Below the pieces are notes generated by a model. It searched no databases. It was not told the DNA's origin and was given only the letters and a program-made list of their open reading frames with translations. The translations under genes and the position numbers were made by a program. Source: Candidatus Nanopusillus sp. (GTDB taxonomy: Archaea; Nanobdellota; Nanobdellia; Nanobdellales; Nanobdellaceae). Taken from it: a stretch of 21,944 bases of DNA. Location of the stretch: NCBI GenBank assembly GCA_046536775.1, contig JAWDMD010000006.1:1-21944 (forward strand). Direction: 5' to 3'. This document shows positions 7,304-16,537 of this stretch, one piece after another (the first letter of the stretch is position 1; every line of letters starts with the position of its first letter).

Positions 7304-9166
7304 ATGCCTGAAAATAACATAATCTCAATAAAAGATCTATATAATATATTCAAATTTAAGACTACGGAAGAAATAGATGTATCTGAAAAAATATCAGAGC
7401 AGATTATTGGACAAGATAGGGCATTAGATATAATTAAAAAAGCTGCTAAGCAGAGAAGACATGTTTTGTTGATAGGAGATCCAGGTACTGGTAAATCTAT
7501 GTTAGCTCAGGCATTAGCAGAGATATTATCAGAAGATAAGGATCAAGTTAGAAATTTAGAGGATATGTTGGTATTTCCAAATCCAAATGATGAGTACCAA
7601 CCAATAATAAGGACAGTTCCAATGGGAACTGGTAAAAAAATTGTAGAAGAAATTAGAAAAAAGATATTGGAGCAAACAAAAATGTTCCAATATTTTTATA
7701 TTATATTATTATTTATATCTGCATTTACTCCAATGTACTTTTACTATGCAGGAAATTATATAATGGCTGGTGCAACATTTATTGGATTCATGATTTTAAT
7801 GGCAAGTTTATCTTTTTCTTTCCAAGTAATGCAAAAACAAATAATGAAAAATGTACCAAAACTATTAGTAGATAATTCAAATAGAACTTCTGTACCTTTT
7901 GTAGATGCTACAGGCGCATTTGAAGGTATGTTATTTGGGGATGTATTACATGATCCATTTCAGTCTGGAGGTCTTGAAACTCCAGCTCATCAGAGAGTAA
8001 TTGCGGGTGCAATACATAAGGCAAATAAGGGTGTATTATTTATAGATGAAATTGCGACATTAAGACCGGAGGTTCAGATAGAACTATTATCTGTTTTACA
8101 AGAAAAGAAATATCCAATATTTGGAAGATCTGAGCGATCTGCTGGTGCAATGGTAAGAACTACTCCAGCCCCTACCGATTTTGTACTTGTGGCGGCGGGA
8201 AATTTGGAAACATTACAAAAATTACATCCAGCATTTAGATCAAGAATAAGAGGATATGGATATGAAGTATTTATGAATTCTGAAATATTATTTACTGAAG
8301 AAATTGCAAATAAATTCGCCCAATTTGTTGCACAAGAAATTAAAAAAGCTGGTAATATACCATCTTTTACAAAAGAGGCAGTAATAGAAGTTATTAAAGA
8401 AGCTCAAAGAAGATCTGGAAGGAAAAATTATCTAACATTAAGATTAAGAGATTTGGGTGGATTGGTAAGATTGGCAGGAGACATTGCGAAATCAAAAGGA
8501 AAAGAGTATGTTGAACCAGAAGATGTTATGGAAGCAAAAGAAAAAGCATTAACAATTGAAGAACAATTATCCAAATATTATATTGAAAGAAGGAAAGAAT
8601 ATCAAATAATAAAAACTGAAGGATATGAAATTGGAAGAGTAAATGGATTGGCAGTAATTGGATCAAGATTATATTATTCTGGATTGGTATTACCAGTTGA
8701 GGCAGAAGTTGTTCCTGGAAAAGGTAGTAGAGAAATTATTGCTACAGGAAATTTAGGAAAAATTGCAAAAGAAGCAATAGTAAATGTATCTGCAGTAGTA
8801 AAAAAGAAATTTGGAGAAGATTTAAAGAAATATAAAGTTCATGTTCAATTTTTGCAAACATATGAAGGTGTAGAAGGAGATTCAGCTTCAATAACTGTTG
8901 CAACTGCAATAATATCTGCATTAAAGAATTGGCCAGTAAGACAGGATTTAGCAATGACAGGATCTTTATCAATAAGGGGAGAAGTATTGCCGATTGGTGG
9001 TGTAATAGCAAAAATAGAAGCTGCAATAGAATCTAAATTAAAAGAAGTTATAGTACCAGAAGGTAATTATAATGATATACCGGAAGACTTATTTGATAAG
9101 ATAAAAATAACACCTGTAAAAACAATAGATGAAGTTATAGAGATTGCAATTGCTAATAAGATTTAA
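7304..9166 (+). CDS. lon: Archaeal membrane-bound ATP-dependent Lon protease (LonB type)
   Basis: Has Walker [16 protein letters not shown] and two TM helices inserted in the AAA+ module ([42 protein letters not shown]). Also present are Walker B GVLFIDEI, the protease-domain catalytic Ser in [17 protein letters not shown], and Lys in [12 protein letters not shown]. Confidence 0.95.
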   Translation: MPENNIISIKDLYNIFKFKTTEEIDVSEKISEQIIGQDRALDIIKKAAKQRRHVLLIGDPGTGKSMLAQALAEILSEDKDQVRNLEDMLVFPNPNDEYQPIIRTVPMGTGKKIVEEIRKKILEQTKMFQYFYIILLFISAFTPMYFYYAGNYIMAGATFIGFMILMASLSFSFQVMQKQIMKNVPKLLVDNSNRTSVPFVDATGAFEGMLFGDVLHDPFQSGGLETPAHQRVIAGAIHKANKGVLFIDEIATLRPEVQIELLSVLQEKKYPIFGRSERSAGAMVRTTPAPTDFVLVAAGNLETLQKLHPAFRSRIRGYGYEVFMNSEILFTEEIANKFAQFVAQEIKKAGNIPSFTKEAVIEVIKEAQRRSGRKNYLTLRLRDLGGLVRLAGDIAKSKGKEYVEPEDVMEAKEKALTIEEQLSKYYIERRKEYQIIKTEGYEIGRVNGLAVIGSRLYYSGLVLPVEAEVVPGKGSREIIATGNLGKIAKEAIVNVSAVVKKKFGEDLKKYKVHVQFLQTYEGVEGDSASITVATAIISALKNWPVRQDLAMTGSLSIRGEVLPIGGVIAKIEAAIESKLKEVIVPEGNYNDIPEDLFDKIKITPVKTIDEVIEIAIANKI

Positions 9167-9190
9167 AGGTTTTTTTATGAATGAATTTTT

Positions 9191-12100
9191 ATGAGAAAAA
9201 TATATTTATTATCTTTTCTTTTATTTTCTTTATATTCAGTTTTTTCTCAAGGATATAATATATGGCATTCAGAATCTTTATATAAACCAGTAACATTTTT
9301 GGGTATAAATTTATTGGATAATAATCTATCTGTAGGTCAAACATTATATTATAATGTTTATATAAATTATAGAGATATTTATTATATACCTAATACATCA
9401 TTAGTAATACAAATAATACAAAAAAATGATAATAATAATATTTATCCATTCCAATTTACATCTGATAATGAAGTATATGAATATGTAATAAAAAATATAT
9501 ATTTACAACCGGGAGAATATTTAAACATACCATTAAATTATACAATTCCATATAATTTACCTTCTGGATATTATTATATTGTTGCATATTTATATACACC
9601 TCTAAGTGAAATAAATGGTTTGCCATTTATATATTATCCAGGATCATATCAAGAATTTTATATAAATAACCCAAATAATGTTCCAGAAATTTATATTATA
9701 AAAAATGATACATATTTAAGTTCCCCTGATTTATATACATGGGGTAGTTTATTATCATCATCAGGATATTATTATTCTTCATTAAGTGGACCTTCCGGTT
9801 ATGGTGTTTCAAACTATATTAATTTAACAGTTGGTGTATATTCGAGTATAAATACAAATGCTACATTGAATATTCTAATATCTCCATGGGATGATATTTT
9901 ATATAATCCAGTATATAATTATACTGAAAATGTACAATTAAATGAAGGATATAATACAATAAATATTCCATATATAAATGTTGCAACATTGAATCCAAAT
10001 GCATATTCATTAATAATAAACCTATTATATAATAATCAAACAGAATCAATATATAGATTAAGATTTATTGTTTTAGGTCCAACAACAAGATTAGATGGTG
10101 TTTATTTACAAGGTAATGGAAATTTAACATTTATAGTAGCACCATCTCCAGATCACTATACATATCCAGTTACCCAAAATGTAGTAGCAGAAGTTTATTC
10201 AAACACATTAGGATTTAAAGAAAATATATACTTAGGAAATATAAGTTGGAATAGTACACAATTTACTTATGTAAATCTACAATTACCATTAAATTCTACT
10301 AGCTTTGATTTATGTATAAACTTATATTCAAATAACAATTTAGATTATGGATATTGTACATATTATATTTTAAATCAATCAAATCAATATGGAATTCCAA
10401 TAAGTAATCTACTTTATGTAAATTATACAAACAATTACTTCTATATATGTTCAAATATTTCTGGAATATTAAATATAGGATATAATTCTGAATCAAACAT
10501 AATATATACTACAAATATAAATAATAATTGTTTAAATTATACATTGGGTAATGGGGTTTATTATATTTCCTTCTATTCATCCCAATATTCAAATCTATGG
10601 ATAATAAATAATACAGTAATACAAAACAATATAAGTAAAAATCAAACACAGCCAATAAATAATGTGCAAAATAATTATAATTATCCAAACTATTATTTGG
10701 TAATATTAATAATATTTATTGCAATAATATTATTTATGATACTAAAAAAGAAAAGATTATTTATCTTTGCATTAGTTTTATTACCTATATTATTTAATGT
10801 ACATTCTCAAGAACTATATCTAAGCTCAAATCAAATATGTACACCTTCAGATTCATTAAATATAACAACACAGGGATTTAACGGATCGGTAACAGTTTCT
10901 TATGAATTTTATAATTCATCGAATCCCTCAAATGTCTATGCAAGTAATACATATCAATACAATGGAAATATATACTATACATATAATTATACAGTATACT
11001 TCAATAATTTGCCATTAAATTTGTCAAATAATATAAATTCTACAATAATAGATTATAATATAACTGTTCAGAATTGTACAGGAGGTATTAAAAATTTCCA
11101 ATTGTCATCTTGTGATCAATATAATTATAATGGATCAATATATTTAAATTATCCATATTATTTTGAATATTATACAAATCCAATATATCAAGGATCAGAC
11201 GATGCAGGACAAATAATTCTAGGTTGTCCATCTTCAAATAATTTGTTAAATAATACATACTTTAATTTTACATTAATTTTACCAAATGGAACAAGTGTAG
11301 TTACTAGAACAAATTGTTCAGGATCTGGAGATCCAGATTGGGGTCAGAATCTATGTGATTTATATGTAAGTAATTATGATAACAATATTGGAAATTATAC
11401 ATATTATGGAGAATATTATTATAATAATATTTTATTTAATCAATCATTTATTAACAATCCATTACAGGTATTAGTAGCTAGTTCTGGAGAATTTACTACA
11501 GAATCATGTAAGCATGCAAGAACAATAACAAATACTAATTCAAATCCTTTATCTATAAGTTTCGCATATTATGGACCATATTCAGGATCATATTATACAT
11601 ACTATAATGGAATATATGTTATAGCACAAAATACTTCTGTAGGATTTAATGTAGGTTATGGATATAACTGGTTGTGTAGTGATGGCGTTACGCGTACTGT
11701 TACACCATCAGTTGCTGCTTGGTTATATAGTTCAAATCAATATTATAACCAAAATTCATTCCAGTATATACAAGGTATATCAAATCTACCATTTAACTTT
11801 ACACAATATAATATAGATAGAAATACTGTTTATAATACATATTCAAATGAAGGATTATTATTAATTCCACCAGAACATTTACCTTCAGGAAGTTCTTACT
11901 TTACTTTATATAATTTTAGTAATAATGCGGGTTATTATGCAATATATCAAGATTATGTAAAAACAGTATGTGATAATCCGACAGATTATATATGTGATGC
12001 AGATGGAAATTTATGTAATATTGGTCATATAGTAGGAGAGGCAGAAGGATGGTTACCAATATCCTCAGAACCAGGATATTATTTATTAGTAATAAATCCA

Positions 12101-13456
12101 AATGCTACTGTATATTTGCAAAATTTAACTTACTATCCATACAATTATAGTACAAACCCTGGTGATGCAATTTATATTGGTAATATAACAAATGTTGGAA
12201 TTGGAAATCTTACAGTAATTACAAATTGGGATCTCCCAAACAATTCAACTAGTTTCTTATTACAGCAACAGCAATATTCCCCATTATATATTTATTTCCC
12301 AACAAATCTATGTCCACATCAAAATTGTACAATAAATTATAGTGTAGCATATCAAAATGCATATGGATTAACAGTATATAATCCTGTAACATATTATGGA
12401 TATGTAAATATTAGCTGGGATACATTAAATATATATACTAATCCATCATTAACACAAATAACATATGGACAACCTTCAAATATAACCTTAGCGGTACAAA
12501 ATACAGGACCAGTACCTGCTGAAAATATATCTGTACAAAATGTATATTATGATCCAAATTGTATACAGGTATTAAATACTGGTAGTCAAATAGGTTCATT
12601 AAATACAAATCAAGTAGGTGACTTAAATGTAGAAATTAATATAACAAATCTATATTGTTCTCCACAAGATTATTATATAACATTTACAATTTATGGATGG
12701 AATACTTATATATATAATTATTCAATAATATTGCCAATAAGTTATATAATTTCTCCACCAAATGGAGCACAATTGCAATCAATAACAACATTTAATATAA
12801 CAGATGACAATGCACAAACATGTTATATAATATTTAATGGAGCACAATTCTCTAGAAATTGTAATTCAGATTTTGCATATCAACAATATATGTGTGCAGG
12901 ATCATTATGTAATACACAAATTCAATCAATAGATAATTATGCAGAGTTCTATGAAAATTATACATATTATAACTATTTAACAAATCAGTCATCAATAATG
13001 GGAATAGCCGTTGCAACAAATGTAATAAGTTTATATGTTGGACAAGAATATAAATATACAGTCTTAATAAAGAATTTAGTACCAACAAATATTCAATGTT
13101 CTCTAATACCAATTCCATCAACCACAAATGATAATGCTATTGTTACTAGTTATAGTATAAATGGAATAAATAGTAATGAATCTACTATAAGTCCTTATGG
13201 ATCTGCAGAATTAGATATAAATATTTTAGGAGCTTCTAGCGGTGTAAGTAAATTACTTTATGGTATAATATGTAAGTCTACATATGGTTCTTCATCATTT
13301 AGTACTCAAATTCCAGTATATGTATTTGGACCAAATAATATAATAGCAAACTATACGCAATCTCAAATAATAGTATCTGAGGAAGTATCTCCAACAAATT
13401 TAATTGGAATTGGAGGTTTAATATTGGGATTATTTGCTTTGCTTAATATAATCTAA
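9191..13456 (+). CDS. Giant secreted/anchored surface protein (S-layer-like or adhesin-like), possibly two fused precursors (aa 1-~521 and Met516-1421)
   Basis: 1421-codon ORF. It has an N-terminal Sec-type signal peptide MRKIYLLSFLLFSLYSVFS|QG, and the body is extremely rich in Asn/Tyr/Ser/Thr with dozens of N-x-S/T sequons. An internal TM anchor-KKKR-second signal peptide lies at 10691..10807, and a C-terminal TM anchor NLIGIGGLILGLFALLNII follows. The second half carries many Cys. No enzyme motifs found. Confidence 0.8.
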   Translation: MRKIYLLSFLLFSLYSVFSQGYNIWHSESLYKPVTFLGINLLDNNLSVGQTLYYNVYINYRDIYYIPNTSLVIQIIQKNDNNNIYPFQFTSDNEVYEYVIKNIYLQPGEYLNIPLNYTIPYNLPSGYYYIVAYLYTPLSEINGLPFIYYPGSYQEFYINNPNNVPEIYIIKNDTYLSSPDLYTWGSLLSSSGYYYSSLSGPSGYGVSNYINLTVGVYSSINTNATLNILISPWDDILYNPVYNYTENVQLNEGYNTINIPYINVATLNPNAYSLIINLLYNNQTESIYRLRFIVLGPTTRLDGVYLQGNGNLTFIVAPSPDHYTYPVTQNVVAEVYSNTLGFKENIYLGNISWNSTQFTYVNLQLPLNSTSFDLCINLYSNNNLDYGYCTYYILNQSNQYGIPISNLLYVNYTNNYFYICSNISGILNIGYNSESNIIYTTNINNNCLNYTLGNGVYYISFYSSQYSNLWIINNTVIQNNISKNQTQPINNVQNNYNYPNYYLVILIIFIAIILFMILKKKRLFIFALVLLPILFNVHSQELYLSSNQICTPSDSLNITTQGFNGSVTVSYEFYNSSNPSNVYASNTYQYNGNIYYTYNYTVYFNNLPLNLSNNINSTIIDYNITVQNCTGGIKNFQLSSCDQYNYNGSIYLNYPYYFEYYTNPIYQGSDDAGQIILGCPSSNNLLNNTYFNFTLILPNGTSVVTRTNCSGSGDPDWGQNLCDLYVSNYDNNIGNYTYYGEYYYNNILFNQSFINNPLQVLVASSGEFTTESCKHARTITNTNSNPLSISFAYYGPYSGSYYTYYNGIYVIAQNTSVGFNVGYGYNWLCSDGVTRTVTPSVAAWLYSSNQYYNQNSFQYIQGISNLPFNFTQYNIDRNTVYNTYSNEGLLLIPPEHLPSGSSYFTLYNFSNNAGYYAIYQDYVKTVCDNPTDYICDADGNLCNIGHIVGEAEGWLPISSEPGYYLLVINPNATVYLQNLTYYPYNYSTNPGDAIYIGNITNVGIGNLTVITNWDLPNNSTSFLLQQQQYSPLYIYFPTNLCPHQNCTINYSVAYQNAYGLTVYNPVTYYGYVNISWDTLNIYTNPSLTQITYGQPSNITLAVQNTGPVPAENISVQNVYYDPNCIQVLNTGSQIGSLNTNQVGDLNVEINITNLYCSPQDYYITFTIYGWNTYIYNYSIILPISYIISPPNGAQLQSITTFNITDDNAQTCYIIFNGAQFSRNCNSDFAYQQYMCAGSLCNTQIQSIDNYAEFYENYTYYNYLTNQSSIMGIAVATNVISLYVGQEYKYTVLIKNLVPTNIQCSLIPIPSTTNDNAIVTSYSINGINSNESTISPYGSAELDINILGASSGVSKLLYGIICKSTYGSSSFSTQIPVYVFGPNNIIANYTQSQIIVSEEVSPTNLIGIGGLILGLFALLNII

Positions 13457-13741
13457 TTTTTTTAATCTTTTTCTTATTTCCAATATTGCATCATGAATTG
13501 CAGCACCTAAAAATAGCGTTGTTAATATATATAATTCATATAAGTATGTAATCATTCCAATTATTACTGGTATTATACCAAATACTGATAGATATGCATG
13601 ATGTATTTTTGCCCTATATTTTTTTGTATTTGTTTTAATTTCAATAAAGAATTCTGGTGAAAATTTTCTAATTATATAATCTGCTGAGAAATATCCTACT
13701 AAGAATGATAAACTATAGGTCATTATAGTAATATCGATCAT
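13430..13741 (-). CDS. Small hypothetical membrane protein (about 3 TM)
   Basis: 103-aa ORF with an ATG start that occupies the otherwise empty gap before rps24e. It has hydrophobic segments with two conserved-looking His (KIHHAYLSVFG, GAAIHDAILE). Its 3' end overlaps the convergent giant ORF by 27 nt. Confidence 0.45.
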   Translation of the reverse strand: MIDITIMTYSLSFLVGYFSADYIIRKFSPEFFIEIKTNTKKYRAKIHHAYLSVFGIIPVIIGMITYLYELYILTTLFLGAAIHDAILEIRKRLKKLDYIKQSK

Positions 13742-13795
13742 TTTATAATAATGTCATTCATTATTTTAAAAAATTATATCATATAAATTAATTAC

Positions 13796-14080
13796 ATGGA
13801 TCTAAAAATAATAAGTAGGGAAAATAATCAATTATTAAATAGAGAAGAAATTATTGTTTTGATAGATCATAAAAATGAAGTAACGCCAAAGAGAGATGAT
13901 ATAAGGGAAAAAATTTCTGCAATGATTGGAAAAGACAAAAATTTAATTGTAGTAGAAAAAATATTGACAGAATTTGGGAAACAAAGATCAAAAGCATTTG
14001 TAAATGTATATCAGAATGAAGAAGATATGAAAAAATTAGAGCTAAAACATATATTAAAAAGGAATAAAATCATAGAATGA
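13796..14080 (+). CDS. rps24e: 30S ribosomal protein S24e (eS24)
   Basis: The sequence [68 protein letters not shown] matches the eS24 pattern (eNpLLxRkE..f.v.H.g..TPsr.evrekla...). It is followed by S27ae with an ATGA overlap, the conserved archaeal gene pair. Confidence 0.92.
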   Translation: MDLKIISRENNQLLNREEIIVLIDHKNEVTPKRDDIREKISAMIGKDKNLIVVEKILTEFGKQRSKAFVNVYQNEEDMKKLELKHILKRNKIIE

Positions 14081-14280
14081 GCGAAAAGAAAGATTTGAGA
14101 ATATTAAAATTATATAAGGTTGAGGATAATAAAGTAGTTAGATTAAAAAAGATATGTCCAAAATGTGGAAGATTTATGGCAGAGCATGAGGATAGGTATC
14201 ATTGTGGATATTGTGGATATACAGAATTTAAGCAAAATATAGAAAAAGGATATATAAAAGAAATTGGAATACAAGTATAA
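14077..14280 (+). CDS. rps27ae: 30S ribosomal protein S27ae (eS31)
   Basis: Has the zinc ribbon [24 protein letters not shown] preceded by [13 protein letters not shown]. Size and its position after S24e are typical. Confidence 0.9.
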   Translation: MSEKKDLRILKLYKVEDNKVVRLKKICPKCGRFMAEHEDRYHCGYCGYTEFKQNIEKGYIKEIGIQV

Positions 14281-14584
14281 TATAAAATATTTTGGTCCTA
14301 TTAGATCTTTTATTGGTTTAATGTTTCAATTACCAAAACAAGATACAATATACATTTTAGATCTAAAAAAAGATGTTGAAGATGGGTTTGTTCATACATT
14401 TTTCTGTTTAAAACCATTAGATATTTATCTATATGATTCAAATTTTGAATTGGTTCAATATTCTAAAAAATTAAAACCATTTAAAATTTTGGTTCCAAAG
14501 AAAAAATTTAGATATATAATTGAAGGTTTGGATATAAATGATGATATGTTAAGATATTCAATAAAATATTTAAAATCTTTGTAA
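14264..14584 (+). CDS. DUF192 (COG1430)-like protein; start codon uncertain
   Basis: FIGLMFQ...(16 aa)...[24 protein letters not shown]...LKPF...FRYIIEG parallels the DUF192 pattern (GLMxR...fxMxxxxxPLDiiFxDxxgxVv...xxP...yvlE). The track start at 14264 is TTG, overlapping rps27ae. The first ATG (codon 20) would cut into the conserved GLM motif, so TTG or another non-ATG start is plausible. Confidence 0.55.
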   Translation: MEYKYNIKYFGPIRSFIGLMFQLPKQDTIYILDLKKDVEDGFVHTFFCLKPLDIYLYDSNFELVQYSKKLKPFKILVPKKKFRYIIEGLDINDDMLRYSIKYLKSL

Positions 14585-14956
14585 ATTATTGGTTAATATT
14601 TCTATCTCCACAAATAATTTATCAATCAAGCCCTTTACTTCTTTTATTCCATTATTTATTTGTCCAATAATTTCTATTTTTATATTTGGTGTTATATATG
14701 GATTTCCATTTATTTCTTTATAATATAGTGTTATATAATCTTTTATGCTCTCTAAAATACTTATTAATAATTTCATTGAATTTATTAAACTATTAATTTC
14801 TTGCATTTGATAATTATATAAATAGTAGGGGTTTTCATTAATATGTTTTTCATATTCATTTAAACTTTCTAATTGCAAAATATTATTATTTATTTGTGAT
14901 AATAAATTTCTGATTTGAGTTAATAATTGATTTTCTAAATCCTGAATATTATCCAT
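14570..14956 (-). CDS. Hypothetical coiled-coil protein
   Basis: 128-aa ORF with an ATG start and heptad-like Leu/Ile/Asn/Gln-rich N- and C-terminal helices. No family recognised. Its 3' end overlaps the convergent DUF192-like ORF by 15 nt. Confidence 0.5.
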   Translation of the reverse strand: MDNIQDLENQLLTQIRNLLSQINNNILQLESLNEYEKHINENPYYLYNYQMQEINSLINSMKLLISILESIKDYITLYYKEINGNPYITPNIKIEIIGQINNGIKEVKGLIDKLFVEIEILTNNLQRF

Positions 14957-14989
14957 AATTAATTAATATTTTAACTATTTTATATTTTT

Positions 14990-15040
14990 TCAGGGAGGAG
15001 GTGTATTCATCATTTATTCAGGCGCGCGCAACATCATCAT
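14990..15040 (-). ncRNA. C/D-box sRNA (2'-O-methylation guide), box-to-box core
   Basis: The minus-strand RNA reads AUGAUGA(C)-UGUUGCGCGCGC(12 nt)-CUGA(D')-AUAA-AUGAUGA(C')-AUACACCUCCUCC(13 nt)-CUGA(D). All four boxes match consensus exactly, and the guide spacers have the canonical archaeal 12-13 nt length. Both guides are GC-rich in an otherwise very AT-rich intergenic region. Confidence 0.85.
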
Positions 15041-15651
15041 ATAAATTTTAATATTCCTTCCTTTTTATCTCTATTTAATATTTCTTTTATTGTTTTAAAA
15101 TCTTGGTCGAAATATTCTCTCCATTCTTTATGATATAATGTAGATGCCGGATGTAATGTTGGGATTATTGTAATATTTTTTCCCCATTTATTTACTTTAA
15201 ATATTTTTCCTCTTAATTTTGTTATTGAAGAAAATTTTAATTTAAAATAATCAAAAATCCATTTTGTTGAATAATGACCTAAAGTTACTATTATATCTGG
15301 TTGAATTATTTCTAATTGTTTTTCTAACCAAAAAGAACACGATTTTATTTCTTCTTCTTCCGGTTCTCTATTTTCTGGAGGCCTGCATTTGACAACATTA
15401 GTAATATATACATTATTTCTATCCATATTTAATATATTTTTTATATTTTCAGTCAGTACTTGTCCGGCTTTTCCGACAAAAGGTTTTCCTTGTTTATCCT
15501 CTTCTCTACCTGGTGCTTCCCCTATAAATAATATATTTGAATTTGGATTACCATCTCCAGGAACATAATTTGTTTTAAATTTATATAAAGGACATCTTGT
15601 ACATTTCAATATTTGATTATTTACCTCTTCAATCATTTTTTCCTTATCCAT
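15037..15651 (-). CDS. udg: Uracil-DNA glycosylase, family 4 (4Fe-4S, thermostable type)
   Basis: Has the motif [22 protein letters not shown] and four cluster cysteines: CTRCPL, plus [22 protein letters not shown] with the family-4 spacing. Motif B HPAS is present in [11 protein letters not shown]. Confidence 0.9.
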   Translation of the reverse strand: MDKEKMIEEVNNQILKCTRCPLYKFKTNYVPGDGNPNSNILFIGEAPGREEDKQGKPFVGKAGQVLTENIKNILNMDRNNVYITNVVKCRPPENREPEEEEIKSCSFWLEKQLEIIQPDIIVTLGHYSTKWIFDYFKLKFSSITKLRGKIFKVNKWGKNITIIPTLHPASTLYHKEWREYFDQDFKTIKEILNRDKKEGILKFI

Positions 15652-15684
15652 TAAAAATATAAGTATGATAATTATTTTAGTTTA

Positions 15685-16521
15685 ATGTTTGCACATGCTC
15701 AGGGTGAATATAATAAATCAAAATGGATAATAACTGGAATTCCATCTGAAATTGGTAGTTTATCTCATATAAAAAATTATATTGAAGGACCAGAATCTAT
15801 TAGGGATGCATCATATAGAATATTTTCGCCAATATTTGGGGAAATAAATATGGAAGATATATATGATTATGGTGATATAGATTTAGAAGATATAAAAGAT
15901 CTAGATAAATTGTATGAAAAAATATATAATGAAATTAAAAAGATATATAGAAAAGATAAAAAATATATATTTTTAGGAGGAGATCATTCAATAACATATC
16001 CAATATTAAAAATTGTTAAAGAAAATTGGGAAGATTTTCATTTATTATATTTTGATGCACATCCAGATATTCATCCAGACCCATACCCAAATTATCAAAG
16101 TTTTATTTATCATCTAATAAAGGAAAATTATATTGAACCTGAAAAAATTATCTTTGTCGGAATATCTAATTTATCATTTGAAGAAAAGAATATAATAAAG
16201 GAATGGGGAATAAAGTATTATAATCCTCTAGATGTTTGGGATAATATAAAAGAGATTTCAAAAGAGATATCAAATACATTAGAAAATAAAAATTTATATA
16301 TTTCAATTGATGTAGATGTATTCGATACTGGATGTGGACATTGGTTGGAAGGTATTGGAATTAGGCCATATCATTATTTTAAGATTATAAGAGAATTAAG
16401 AAATATTAATTTAATTGGTTTTGATTTAGTAGAATTATTTTCAAACGAAGTATGTGATAATTTAGCATCAAAAATAGTAGTAGAAACTATTGCAATGTTC
16501 AACAATAAAGATAAATTATAA
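15685..16521 (+). CDS. speB: Ureohydrolase family protein (agmatinase-like)
   Basis: Carries the arginase/agmatinase Mn-binding motifs LGGDHSITYP, YFDAHPDIH and SIDVDVFD, plus N-terminal ITGIPSE...GPESIRDAS (compare GvPfD...GP.aiR.as). The region after DxDxxD (DTGCGHWLEGIGI) departs from the usual DPxxAPGTGTP loop, so substrate assignment is tentative. Confidence 0.75.
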   Translation: MFAHAQGEYNKSKWIITGIPSEIGSLSHIKNYIEGPESIRDASYRIFSPIFGEINMEDIYDYGDIDLEDIKDLDKLYEKIYNEIKKIYRKDKKYIFLGGDHSITYPILKIVKENWEDFHLLYFDAHPDIHPDPYPNYQSFIYHLIKENYIEPEKIIFVGISNLSFEEKNIIKEWGIKYYNPLDVWDNIKEISKEISNTLENKNLYISIDVDVFDTGCGHWLEGIGIRPYHYFKIIRELRNINLIGFDLVELFSNEVCDNLASKIVVETIAMFNNKDKL

Positions 16522-16537
16522 TTAATCTTTGAAAAAT

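Noticed and set aside
8742-9026. 94-aa minus-strand ORF
   Set aside because: It lies antisense inside the Lon protease domain. Its product is a Leu/Gln-rich low-complexity sequence.
9861-13127. Minus-strand ORFs 9861..10049, 10299..10496, 11916..12101 and 12852..13127
   Set aside because: All lie antisense inside the giant surface-protein ORF, are short and have no motifs. Stop-poor antisense frames are expected for Asn/Tyr-rich coding sequence.
15021-15029. GGCGCGCGC tract considered as the GC-clamp of a split-tRNA half (as in Nanoarchaeum), or as an isolated palindromic restriction/regulatory site
   Set aside because: There is no adjacent acceptor, D or T-arm sequence. The tract sits exactly 12 nt between a perfect C box and a D' box, so the C/D-box guide interpretation explains it fully.
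14993-15043. Plus-strand Shine-Dalgarno-like GGAGGAGGTG followed by a 16-codon GTG-initiated mini-ORF
   Set aside because: The GTG directly abuts the purine run with no spacer, and the ORF is tiny. The same bases form the D-guide/C'/D'/C architecture on the minus strand.
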